64,000 nt of DNA from Macrostomum lignano (Eukaryota). The stretch lies in NCBI GenBank assembly GCA_002269645.1, contig NIVC01001408.1:62001-126000 (forward strand), in the 5' to 3' direction. Positions 23,396 to 33,600 of this stretch are shown here, in pieces. A program made the translations under genes and the position numbers. The stretch's first letter is position 1; each line of letters starts with the position of its first letter. The notes below the pieces were generated by a model. The model worked only from the letters and a program-made list of their open reading frames with translations. It was not told the origin of the DNA and did no database searches.

Positions 23396-26300
23396 AAGGA
23401 AAGAGCTGCCAAGACGCACTAAAAGCTCTCCGCTCTCGTTATACGGAGTCAAATGCCAGCGAAAAAAGCTACATGGAGCTTGTTGCTGCCTATCAGACTG
23501 AGCAGGAATCCATCTCAGAGTTCTACGATAGATTGTTGTGTTATGCGCGTGCTGCTAAGGTGTCCGTTAGTGAAGCTGAACCCCTGATGAGGGCTAGATT
23601 TTGCTACGGTCTTAGAGACAAGGCGCTTGCTGAAAAGTTGCTGCTCTGGTCCCGCGGGGTTGTTGGGGGTGTGTCCTCAGCTGACCTCGCCCGCAAGGCC
23701 AATGAGATGATTGGTGTGCACCAGCTGTTGCAGCCCCAGCCGCCAGTGAACCTCCGGGCTGTTGACAACGAGAAAGCAGCACTTGAAGCGCGCATCCGTG
23801 ATCTTGAGAAAAGGCTTCAGCAACAAGAATTGAGACTGCAAGAATCAGGTGGCCATTCAAACTTGCCGACTGCAAACATCAGGGCTGCTCAGAGGGGCTA
23901 TGGGAAGGCTCAAGGCCCAGTTGCTAAGCAGAGAGCATGCTATCGCTGTGGGCAAACTGGCCACCTAGTTGCTGACTGCCCTTCACCACCTTCATCTGGG
24001 GAAAATTCTAGGTTTAAAAGGTCTAGCCAAGACCCAAGGGCCCAGCAGTCTGCCTTAGAGACTGGGGCTATCTCTGTAGCCAGGGGAAACTATGGCTTCA
24101 TTCAATCTGAGCAACTCAACGAGCAACTTTTTTTTCACATGGGTGAACTTTCTCCTGCCCTTTGCAAACTTGCTGAACAGCACCAGCTGGCTGGAACTCG
24201 TGTCCAGTTCCGAAGGCAGGTAGATACAGGCCGCAAACATGATCAAGCCTGTGACATCAAGCCTATTTCAGAGTCTGCCCATGCTTTCCGTGCTCAGTCG
24301 GGAATCGGTGGCGCTGAAATTGAGTCGAGCTACTTTGTCCAGCTCCTCATCGGTGATAAACAGGTTATGGCTTGCCTCGACTCGGGTGCCAATGCGAGCA
24401 TGCTGGGAAAGCAGGTCATGAATCGCCTAGTTGAAGCAGACCCAGTTAACAATACTTTCACACCAGCACGAAATCCAAGCAGTGCAACGGCTTTCAATGG
24501 GTCCAAAACACGAATCTTGGGCTCCCTGCGGTGTGATGTCAAACTAGGAAAGGTAGTCAAGCCACACCAATTTCTGGTCACTGAAGAGTCTAGCACTGAA
24601 GCCCTTCTAGGAGTTGACTTCTTGCGCAGCTTTTCAGTGCTGCTGGATTTCATTGAGGGCAGAGTTGTGGTCTCAGGAGAGTCAGTTCCAGTGGTCGAAG
24701 GAGATCACGGCATTTATCGAATTCGCCGCGTCCTTGCAGCAAGCTCTCTCGACTTGCCACCGCGATCCGAGACACTGATCCCCAGTCGAGTGCTTGATCC
24801 ATCACCATGTGCTCAAGGCATCGTGTCATCTAAGCTATTCAACACAGACTCTGAGTGCTTTGTAGCCAGGTCTATCGATAGTGTTAGCACATCAAGTCAT
24901 GTCTTAGTCCGTCTCCTTAATAGTAGCGATCAACCGTCCCGGATCGAAAAGGGTCAGGAGATCGCATCTTTTCAAGAACTAGGCTCAGGGGAAGTTGTCG
25001 CTCAGACCGCCTTGACGGAGAGCGATTTTGCCATTGACAATGCTCAGAACCTCAATAGTAAATTATCTAAACTACCGGCTCCTGATAAAAGTATCGCAGC
25101 ATGGCTAACCCAACAATTTCATCTTGATAAGACTAGCTTAACACAGACACAGCTGGCAACCACACTAAAGCTGCTGAATCACTTCATGAGCCAAATTTCA
25201 CGAAGCGACACTGATCTTGGTAAAACTAGTCTTCAAGAGATGGCGATTGAGCTTCAAGACAAGAACACCAGACCAATTGCTCTCGCATCCCGTCGCACAA
25301 CACCGAGTCAAAAAGTTTTCTTAGATAAGCACATCACTCAACTACTAGAGCAGGGAGTAATAGAAGAATGTGACTCAGAATGGTCCTCACCGATAGTTCT
25401 TGTAAAGAAAAAGGATGGATCTCAACGACTGTGCATCGACTATAGATCAGTAAATAAGCTGATCAAGCCATGTAGTTTTCCCCTTCCGCTGATTGAGGAG
25501 TCTTTTGATAGCCTCGCCGGTTCAGCTGTCTTCTCGAGCCTCGATCTAACATCAGCGTACTGGCAAATGGGCATTCGAGAGGAAGATCGGGATCTAACCG
25601 CCTTCTCATGCCCTCAGGGGACATTCCGCTGGAGAGTCGTGCCTTTTGGTATAAAAACGGCGCCAGCTAATTTCGCAAAACTGATGCACCGAGTCTTTCG
25701 CCCCCTCCTAATGAAAGTCAGCTTGATTTATCTGTATGACATAATAATCAAAGGTCTTAACAATGATCAGATGATCAGCCACTTGGCCATGGTGCTCTGG
25801 CAGCTCCGAAAAGCCAACTTAAAGATTAAGCCGTCCAAATGTGAACTCTTTAAGGAGAAAGTGTCCTTCCTAGGCTTTATCGTCTCTGCCAAGGGGATTG
25901 AGGCGGATCCTAAAAAGACGCAAGCAGTCCAGGACTGGTGTACACCAACCGATAAGCGCCAGCTTCTTTCTTTCTTAGGATTTGCAAATTATTACAGGAA
26001 ATTTGTGCCACGCTTTTCCATTCTTGCAACACCGTTGTATGCACTGGCTAAGGGCTCAGAACGATTCCAGTGGCTGGACTGCCACGAGTGCGCCTTCCAA
26101 GAGCTCAAGAAGAATCTTTGCTCGCCGCCAGTTCTTGCATACCCTGACTTGTCTCCACATGGCAACCAGTTTATCCTAGACTGTGATAGCTCTTTAGACG
26201 GTGTCGGTGCTGTCCTGTCACAGGAAGGTGCCGCTGGCACGGAGCATGTCATAGCCTATGCATCAAAGAAATTCTCTGCCAGCCAAAGAAATTATTGTGC

Positions 26301-28839
26301 GACTATGCGGGAACTCCTCGGGCTCGTATTGATGCTCGAACATTTTAGGACGTACTTGCTGGACAAGCCCTTCCTCGTGCGAACTGATGCAGCCGCCTTG
26401 CAGTGGCTGCATTCTAAGAAAAGTGCCACTGGCATGCTAGCCCAGTGGCTGGTCACAATAGAGTTGTTTGACTTTAAGATCCAGCAGTCGACTCTAGAGC
26501 GGTTGGCTGAGTATGACTTCCAGATCCAGTACAGACCGGGGAAGGAAATTGTGAACGCAGATGTCCTCAGCCGTAACCCGAGATTCCGAGCTGACCACTT
26601 CGATTGCCCCTCTTGCTCGAAGGTCCCAGAGTTTCAGGAAAAGTTCAAACGCAATCTGAAGTCCGCCCAAGCCGACGCAGAAGTCCGCAAGATTAGTGTG
26701 CAGCGAACTACAGTAGATTCTAGTAGCCAAACCGAATGGGAGGAGGTAGTCGACGAGTCTGTCGCTAACGAAGAAGCAATTATCAATGTAGACTTGAATC
26801 GGACTTCCGCGGTTTTAGCACAGCCAAACGAAGCTCTTGAACAGTCGGATGAAAACGTTGAAGAGGAAGACGAGGATGCCCAGGACTTAGAATGGGCCAG
26901 AGAGGCTCAAGAGTCTTGCATCGACCTGATTCGCTTGATTGAAAGCGTAAAGGGAAAAGCACCTAAGCTGTCCAAGTTTGATCTTCAGGGCTGTAGTCGA
27001 GAGATCCGTGCGCTTTGGGCCCAGTTCGAGGAGCTAAGCATCGAGCACGGGCTACTATACCAGCGCAAACAGGCCACTAAGACTAAAATTACAACACGGG
27101 TGTTAGTAATACCAGAAACTGCAAACATCAGTGAGATAGTAACAAGATATCACAAAGAAATTAATCACTGCGGCATCACTAAGACAATCGCCGCTGTTCG
27201 AAATCGCTTTGCTATCTCTGATCTAGACACCTACGTGAAAGAAACTATCGCTGAGTGTGAAGTTTGCGCACGAACTAAAAAATCAAAACGAAAGAATAAG
27301 GAGCCAATGCAGCCTGAGCTGTCGGGGTTCCCTAATCAAGTAGTCCACATCGACCATGCCGGGCCTTTCCCCGAACAGTCCGGGTTGAAATACTTACTCG
27401 TAATGGTCGATCGTTTCTCGGGATTTGTCGAAGTAACACCGGTCACAGACGTTTCCGCAGAGACCACAGCAACGGCTCTATTGACTGAATGGGTAGTAAG
27501 ATATGGCGCTATGGAGCAGCTGGTGTCCGATAACGGCACAGCATTCATAAACAGCGTCATGGCCGAACTGACTCGCCTTCTCGAGGTTGAAATGGTGCGC
27601 ATAACAGCTCGGCGCCCCCAAGCAAATGGGAAAGTCGAAAGGATGATACAGACTATCAAATCGCAAATTCGAGCTGTCTGTCTTGAACGGCAGTTTGACT
27701 GGCCGCTCGCAGCTCGCTTAGCTTCGCTGTCCATCCGCGCAACAGTGGCTGAGTCGACTGGGTTTTCGCCAGCAAAACTTTTTTTTGGCCGTGAACTGTC
27801 CTTGCCGCTCGACCTAGTCTACTGTCCCCCAGCGCGGGATAGTTATAGTCCAGAGCAGTACGCTCACTACTTGCATAGACTACTGGTCGAGGTCTCGGCC
27901 AAAGCCCGCCAAACTCGAGGTAGAGCTCAAGAGCGTCAAAAGCGCCTCTATGATCGAAGCGCGTTGCATTCCAACTTTGAAGTCGGTGAAATTGTATGGG
28001 TCTTAAACTCAAATCACAGGGGCTTAGATACGGCCGTGTGGCTCGGACCTTACAGAGTGAGCCAAAAGATTTCTGAACGGAACTACCGGCTGGTCCCAGA
28101 AGCTGGCCTTCAAAACCCATCTGAGCGATTGCCGAATCCGAAACACAATGTATACAACGTTGATAGAATAAAGCGCTGCATTCGCAAACCAACCTACCAG
28201 GGTAACATCGATTGCTACGGTGGTCGTGGGGCAGAGCAGATTGGCTCCTCTCGGTTGAGTTTGAATGACAGTCAGTCAAGTTACCACGACCTGCTTCCAA
28301 TCTCTCCAGCCGCCCGTGGCGATCGCATTTCATTTTCACCCACGTCGAGCTCGAGCAGTGAGCAGTCTGAACGGTCACTAGAATCGCACTCGAGTTCACA
28401 CTCGTCAGGTCAGTTAGCACCTAAACTACACTCGCCGTCGTCCGAGTCCGCTGGCAGCGACTCATCCACGGCGTCGTGTCGAGCATCAGCTCGGGGGACA
28501 GGGGACGAGCAAGAGCAAGCTGAAATAGCCGAAGTCACTGACTCATCCGCACCAGCACAAGCTGAGCCAGTCCGCACCAGCACGTTGGTAGAAGCTGAAC
28601 CTGTTGCTTCAGCGGCAGAGCCTGCTATGTCTGGTAATGAGGCGGAGCCGGTCTTGCAGGTAGAGTCTGTTGACGATGTCACAGAGCGGGACAGTAGCAT
28701 TACCACCCCTTCTGCAGCAACAGTAGGGCAACAACCAGGTGTCAGAACGCGCTCAGGCAGAACAGTGCGCAAGCCGATCAGGTTCAGGTCCTGTATCGGT
28801 ACGTCAATAGTAAACCTTCTCATGCAGCAACTCATGTAG
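23365..28839 (+). CDS. gag-pol: Gag(C)-Pol polyprotein: CA, CCHC knuckle, cold-shock domain, protease, dUTPase-like, RT, RNase H, integrase with GPY
   Basis: Motifs: QTEQESISEFYDRL...FCYGLRD (CA); CYRCGQTGHLVADC (23938-23979); LDSG (24376-24387); WSSPIVLVKKKDGSQRLCIDYR and SLDLTSAY (RT; YLYD at 25729-25740); ILDCDSS, RELL, RTD, NADVLSR (RH); H-x4-H...C-x2-C (27151-27267); D(27352), D(27529), E(27637) giving D,D35E; WLGPY. Confidence 0.95.
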   Translation: MSRVFFNNQLKGKSCQDALKALRSRYTESNASEKSYMELVAAYQTEQESISEFYDRLLCYARAAKVSVSEAEPLMRARFCYGLRDKALAEKLLLWSRGVVGGVSSADLARKANEMIGVHQLLQPQPPVNLRAVDNEKAALEARIRDLEKRLQQQELRLQESGGHSNLPTANIRAAQRGYGKAQGPVAKQRACYRCGQTGHLVADCPSPPSSGENSRFKRSSQDPRAQQSALETGAISVARGNYGFIQSEQLNEQLFFHMGELSPALCKLAEQHQLAGTRVQFRRQVDTGRKHDQACDIKPISESAHAFRAQSGIGGAEIESSYFVQLLIGDKQVMACLDSGANASMLGKQVMNRLVEADPVNNTFTPARNPSSATAFNGSKTRILGSLRCDVKLGKVVKPHQFLVTEESSTEALLGVDFLRSFSVLLDFIEGRVVVSGESVPVVEGDHGIYRIRRVLAASSLDLPPRSETLIPSRVLDPSPCAQGIVSSKLFNTDSECFVARSIDSVSTSSHVLVRLLNSSDQPSRIEKGQEIASFQELGSGEVVAQTALTESDFAIDNAQNLNSKLSKLPAPDKSIAAWLTQQFHLDKTSLTQTQLATTLKLLNHFMSQISRSDTDLGKTSLQEMAIELQDKNTRPIALASRRTTPSQKVFLDKHITQLLEQGVIEECDSEWSSPIVLVKKKDGSQRLCIDYRSVNKLIKPCSFPLPLIEESFDSLAGSAVFSSLDLTSAYWQMGIREEDRDLTAFSCPQGTFRWRVVPFGIKTAPANFAKLMHRVFRPLLMKVSLIYLYDIIIKGLNNDQMISHLAMVLWQLRKANLKIKPSKCELFKEKVSFLGFIVSAKGIEADPKKTQAVQDWCTPTDKRQLLSFLGFANYYRKFVPRFSILATPLYALAKGSERFQWLDCHECAFQELKKNLCSPPVLAYPDLSPHGNQFILDCDSSLDGVGAVLSQEGAAGTEHVIAYASKKFSASQRNYCATMRELLGLVLMLEHFRTYLLDKPFLVRTDAAALQWLHSKKSATGMLAQWLVTIELFDFKIQQSTLERLAEYDFQIQYRPGKEIVNADVLSRNPRFRADHFDCPSCSKVPEFQEKFKRNLKSAQADAEVRKISVQRTTVDSSSQTEWEEVVDESVANEEAIINVDLNRTSAVLAQPNEALEQSDENVEEEDEDAQDLEWAREAQESCIDLIRLIESVKGKAPKLSKFDLQGCSREIRALWAQFEELSIEHGLLYQRKQATKTKITTRVLVIPETANISEIVTRYHKEINHCGITKTIAAVRNRFAISDLDTYVKETIAECEVCARTKKSKRKNKEPMQPELSGFPNQVVHIDHAGPFPEQSGLKYLLVMVDRFSGFVEVTPVTDVSAETTATALLTEWVVRYGAMEQLVSDNGTAFINSVMAELTRLLEVEMVRITARRPQANGKVERMIQTIKSQIRAVCLERQFDWPLAARLASLSIRATVAESTGFSPAKLFFGRELSLPLDLVYCPPARDSYSPEQYAHYLHRLLVEVSAKARQTRGRAQERQKRLYDRSALHSNFEVGEIVWVLNSNHRGLDTAVWLGPYRVSQKISERNYRLVPEAGLQNPSERLPNPKHNVYNVDRIKRCIRKPTYQGNIDCYGGRGAEQIGSSRLSLNDSQSSYHDLLPISPAARGDRISFSPTSSSSSEQSERSLESHSSSHSSGQLAPKLHSPSSESAGSDSSTASCRASARGTGDEQEQAEIAEVTDSSAPAQAEPVRTSTLVEAEPVASAAEPAMSGNEAEPVLQVESVDDVTERDSSITTPSAATVGQQPGVRTRSGRTVRKPIRFRSCIGTSIVNLLMQQLM

Positions 28840-29821
28840 AACCTACCGTGTCATGCAACGGGGTCAGAAGTACTTGTACGTGTACTTGTACATGTACATG
28901 TAGAGAAACAAGTATAAAATAACAGTTAAAGCATGTGAATTTGTTGTTCAGGCAAAAGTATGGAAAGCACAAAAAAAATCTAAAACGGGAAAATAAAACA
29001 CTTGGCAAAAAAGGAACAAAATATGAAAAGAAAAAAAATAAATCATCAGTCATTTGTCACCCATCATCTCATCACTTCAGCCCTGTCAGCACGTCCCTTG
29101 CATTGTTGCCAGTAGTATGGTCTTCTCTTGTGCAGTAGCCAGCTAAGCTGATGTCTTCAGCTGTTCCGTCATGCCGCTTACCTGCTGTGTGCAGATGTCG
29201 TTGTCTCTCCCCGGGTGGTGTCGGCGTCCCTTGAGGCGTGCCCAGCGCGGCTTGTGCCGGCCCGGAGGTTTTTGTCTGCGTGATCGCAGTTGTCTTGCAT
29301 CGTCATTCTAAGTTCTCATCCTTGCCATTTCTTTCCTTTTGTGTTTATTCTGTTCACGCTCCCCATTAAATTTTTGTCTCGTTTTTGGGTTAGATAGTGT
29401 GCCTGTCGGGTGTCTGCTGTGTGTGTCTGGTGGGCGTGCGATGACACCATAGCTGACCGACCGTCGAGCTGTGGCCGGCTCGGCAAATCCGTGCTCTTCC
29501 ATGGATGACCTAAGCGCGCATTTTGAACTACTAGTGACAAACTAATTAATAAATACGCGCATCGCTTTTGCTTATTGTGACTTTTAATCCTTCAATACTC
29601 TCAATATATTGTTCTTCTAATGACTTTTGCTGCTTACTAAAATGTTATATGTATTACCAATATTAATTGCGAATACTACTGTCTGTTATTGTCAGTTGCA
29701 TCAATATTAACTACTTTGATTGTCTCGTTATTCGACTGTGAATTTGTGACCGTCTGTTGTTACTAATACTTAAATTCGTTTCGTATTTCGTATTCGTGCG
29801 GTGGTTAATCTATCTTTTTAT

Positions 29822-29832
29822 AGAGAGGCGAG
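29822..29832 (+). promoter_or_regulatory. Polypurine tract
   Basis: AGAGAGGCGAG lies immediately before the 3' LTR. Confidence 0.7.
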
Positions 29833-30220
29833 TGTGACGACGTCGTTAGCATCTTAAATTTTTAGTTTCTATGTGAGTTTTTATTACTTAAAATTATTGT
29901 AGTTGATTAATTTGCAGGTTCCCCAGCTATTAATTTAATGTAATTTATTTAGAAAAAATGTACTTTAAGTTTTATTTATTTAAGTCCAAGTTATTACTAC
30001 TTTTTTTGATAGATATCTTAGGTTTAAATGAATCGGATTTCCCCGCCAATTTAAATGTTGCCTCGCGCTCGTTAATTGTACTTTCCTCTACTCGGCGTTT
30101 TGTCTCGTGCCCTGCGTGTCAACACTACTACTAATTAACTAGCTAACGAATGAATAATTAAATAAATAATTAATTAAATAATCGCTTACTAAATCTCAAA
30201 CTCGCTACGTCTACGCCACA
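29833..30220 (+). repeat. 3' LTR (388 bp)
   Basis: Same sequence and length as the 5' LTR. Confidence 0.97.
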
Positions 30221-30269
30221 AGAACTCCATCAAAATCCTCTCCGTGAAACAGAACTCCATCAAAATCCT

Positions 30270-30690
30270 CTCCATGAAACTTAAATCCATCAAAATCCTC
30301 TTCTTGAAACTTAAATCCATCAAAATCCTCTCCGTGAAACTTAAATCCATCAAAATCCTCTTCTTGAAACTTAAATCCATCAAAATCCTCTTCTTGAAAC
30401 TTAAATCCATCAAAATCCTCTTCTTGAAACTTAAATCCATCAAAATCCTCTTCTTGAAACTTAAATCCATCAAAATCCTCTTCTTGAAACTTAAATCCAT
30501 CAAAATCCTCTTCTTGAAACTTAAATCCATCAAAATCCTCTTCTTGAAACTTAAATCCATCAAAATCCTCTTCTTGAAACTTAAATCCATCAAAATCCTC
30601 TTCTTGAAATTTAAATCCATCAAAATCCTCTTCTTGAAACTTAAATCCATCAAAATCCTCTTCTTGAAACTTAAATCCATCAAAATCCTA
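30270..30690. repeat. 30-bp near-perfect array (AAACTTAAATCCATCAAAATCCTCTTCTTG), ~14 copies, expanded Helitron subrepeat
   Basis: Visible tandem array related to the AAATCCTCTCCGTGAAACTG subrepeat present in all units. Confidence 0.92.
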
Positions 30691-33600
30691 TCCGTGAACC
30701 CGATATTCATCGAAATTCACTCTGTTAACGAATATCTATCAATATTATCTCCTTCAAGCAAAAATTCATCGATTTAATTTAACCAATTAGACTCTGTTAA
30801 ATTGGAGTATTAAAAACGCTTTCTAATTGTCTGGCTTAAATATATGCAAAGAAAAGGATTCAGTGGTTAGGGTTAGGGTTAGGGTTAGAGCTGCACAGTG
30901 CTGCCTGTTAAAAGGCACCGATAAAAAAATTAAACCAATTAGTTGCAAAATCGATTTTTCAGTCAGTCAGTATCAGTCTCAGTTAAAGTTAACAAAATGA
31001 TTGCGCAATCTAAATCAACCCTCCAATACACATCGGCAGTTAGAAGTTGAAGCCCCAAATTTATCTATTGCGTCTCGCAAAATGAGTACAATCTGCAGAA
31101 AGTTAAAAGTAAGGAAATCGTTTTTTGAATGCTGCATGCTTTTAGTTTTCATACTTCAAGCAAACAACTTACATCCCCGGACTCAGCATTGAAAGATCTT
31201 TCCAGCAATTTAAGTCTCTTCTCTCAAGGTTCAAAACTCGAGGAACAGTTTGTGTTTGAAATTTCCCAGTTTAAAGCATTGAATTTTTGAGTGTACATTC
31301 ACTACCTGCTACAGTGAGAGGCTCGCAAGTTTATGCATTGAATTTCACTGTCCGCCAGTTAGCAAGGGTCCAAGTGTACACACGCAGCCACTTAGAACGC
31401 CCCCATCCCCCCACTGGAGAGAAAATGCACTGCCGAGATAGGAAAAAGTTGTGGCGCAATCACTCAAAATTGATGCAAATTTTCAGTTCAGAGCAGAAAA
31501 AGTGGCCAAAGAAGGTTAAGAAAACAGTTTTCTGCTTTTTTAACAGACTTAATTTTGAAAATTTCAACATTAAAATAGCCTATTTGTTGCGTAGGAAAAT
31601 TCTGGATTGATATATATAAGTCTCGCATTTGAGTTGCCAGCCGTTTAGGAGGAGATACGCGTTAAACCCGGCCGGTCGATCGATCCACTCAGCTTTAGAT
31701 ATAACGAGGCCAACTCCTCCTCTGGAGGAGAAAGGGGAAGAACTCCCATCACCGGAACTCCACCGGAACCCTGAAATTCATCAGCCGAATCCCATCATCC
31801 AACTCCTCTCCGCGAAACTGAACACCATCGAAATGCTCTTCGCGAAACAGAAATCCTCTCCGTGAAACTGAATACCATCGAAATCCTCTCCGCGAAATTG
31901 AACACCATCGAAATGCTCTTCGCGAAACAGAAATCCTCTCCGTGAAACTGAATACCATCGAAATCCTCTCCGCGAAACTGAACACCATCGAAATGCTCTT
32001 CGCGAAACAGAAATCCTCTCCGTGAAACTGAATACCATCGAAATCCTCTCCGCGAAACAGAAATCCTCTCCGTGAAACTGGACTCAATGGAAATTTTCTC
32101 CGTTAAAAAGAACTCAACTCTGAGGATTCATTGGGTTAGGGTTAGAGCTGCACAGAGCTGCGGGTTGAAAGGCGCCGATAAAAATATTGATTTAGTTCAA
32201 TCAATTTACTGCGCAACCGATTTCTCATTCAGCCAGTATCAGTCTAAGTTAAAGTTAACAAAATGATTGCGCAATCTAAATCAACCCTCCAATACACAGC
32301 GGCAGTAAGAAGTTGAACCCCCCACAACTTTATCTATTATATCTTGCAAAACTGAGTACAATCTTTGCAGAAAGTTAAAAGTATGGAAATCATTTTTCGA
32401 ATGCTGTGCATTTCCTTTTCACATTTAAAGCAAACAACTTATATCCCTGAACTCAGCATTGAAAGATCTTTCCAGCAATATAAGTCTCTCCTCTCAAAGT
32501 TAAAAACTCGAGCAACAGTTTGCATTTGAAACTCTCCGATTAAAAGCACAGTAAAAGCATAAAAATATCGAGTGTACGTTCACTGCGTGCTAAAGACACT
32601 CCTAAGTTGATGCATTGAATTTCAATGTCCAACACAGGGCTGCCTATTGAAAGGCAGAGATAATAAAACAAATTAATGGCGCAATCAATTTCACAGTCAG
32701 TCAGTAGCAGTCTCAGTTAAAATGATTACGCAATGCAAATCAACTCTCCAATACACAGCGACCGCACCCCCCACCACCACTAAAGCACACTGAGTGCTAT
32801 AGTCCGTTTGTTAGAGATTAAAGCCCCTAACTTTATCTATTACGAGGCCAACTCCTCCTCTGGAGGAGAAAGGGGAAGAACTCCCATCACCGGAATTCCA
32901 TTCCCTGAAATCCATCAGCTGAAATTCCATGACTTGAATCCCATCTTCCAAATCATCTCCAAATCCTCTGTAAAGCCTTTCAAATACCATATCTTGTTTT
33001 CCCTGTTCGCAAAAACTGACTGCCATTGTCCAGACTCAGATTCTTCTGTCTCCTCTCTTCTCTTTTCTCTCCTCTCACGTCTCTCATCTCTACCACCTTA
33101 TTTATCTCTTCTCCCTCATCTTTCGTCTTTCTCTCCTGTCTCCTTTATCCCCTGTTTTCTCCTCTCTCCTCTCTTCTCTCCTCTCTGATCTCTCATCCCT
33201 CATGCCTCATCTCACTATTTCTTTCTCCTCTACTCTCAGCTCCTCTCTTCTCTCTCCTCTCCTCTCTCCTGTCTCCCTCTGCTATCTCATATCTTCCCTC
33301 TCATCTCCTCTCTCCTCTTTTCTTCTCTCTCCATCTTCGTTCCCGCCTTACTCCCCTCTTCTCTCCCATCTGTCATGTCTAATCTGCCCTCTCTCATCTC
33401 TACTCTCTTTTCTATAATCTCTTCTCTCTTCTCTTTTCACTCTTCTCTTTATTCTCTTTACTGACTGACTGAAGATACCAAATCCATCAAAATCCCTCCA
33501 TGAAACAGAAACCCTCTCCGTGAAACTGGACTCCTTTCGAAATCCAATCCGCCAAACAGAAATCCTCTCCGTGAAACTGGGCTCCATGGAAATCCTCTGA

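Larger units (their letters stand above)
21926..30220 (+). mobile_element. Full-length Ty3/Gypsy LTR retrotransposon inserted in a Helitron unit
   Basis: TG...CA LTRs, 4-bp TSD AGAA (21922-21925 and 30221-30224), PBS, PPT, and gag-PR-RT-RH-IN domain order. Confidence 0.97.

Noticed and set aside
28840-29821. Possible env or extra ORF in the ~1-kb region before the 3' LTR
   Set aside because: Only short ORFs on either strand, with no signal peptide, furin site or TM pattern.
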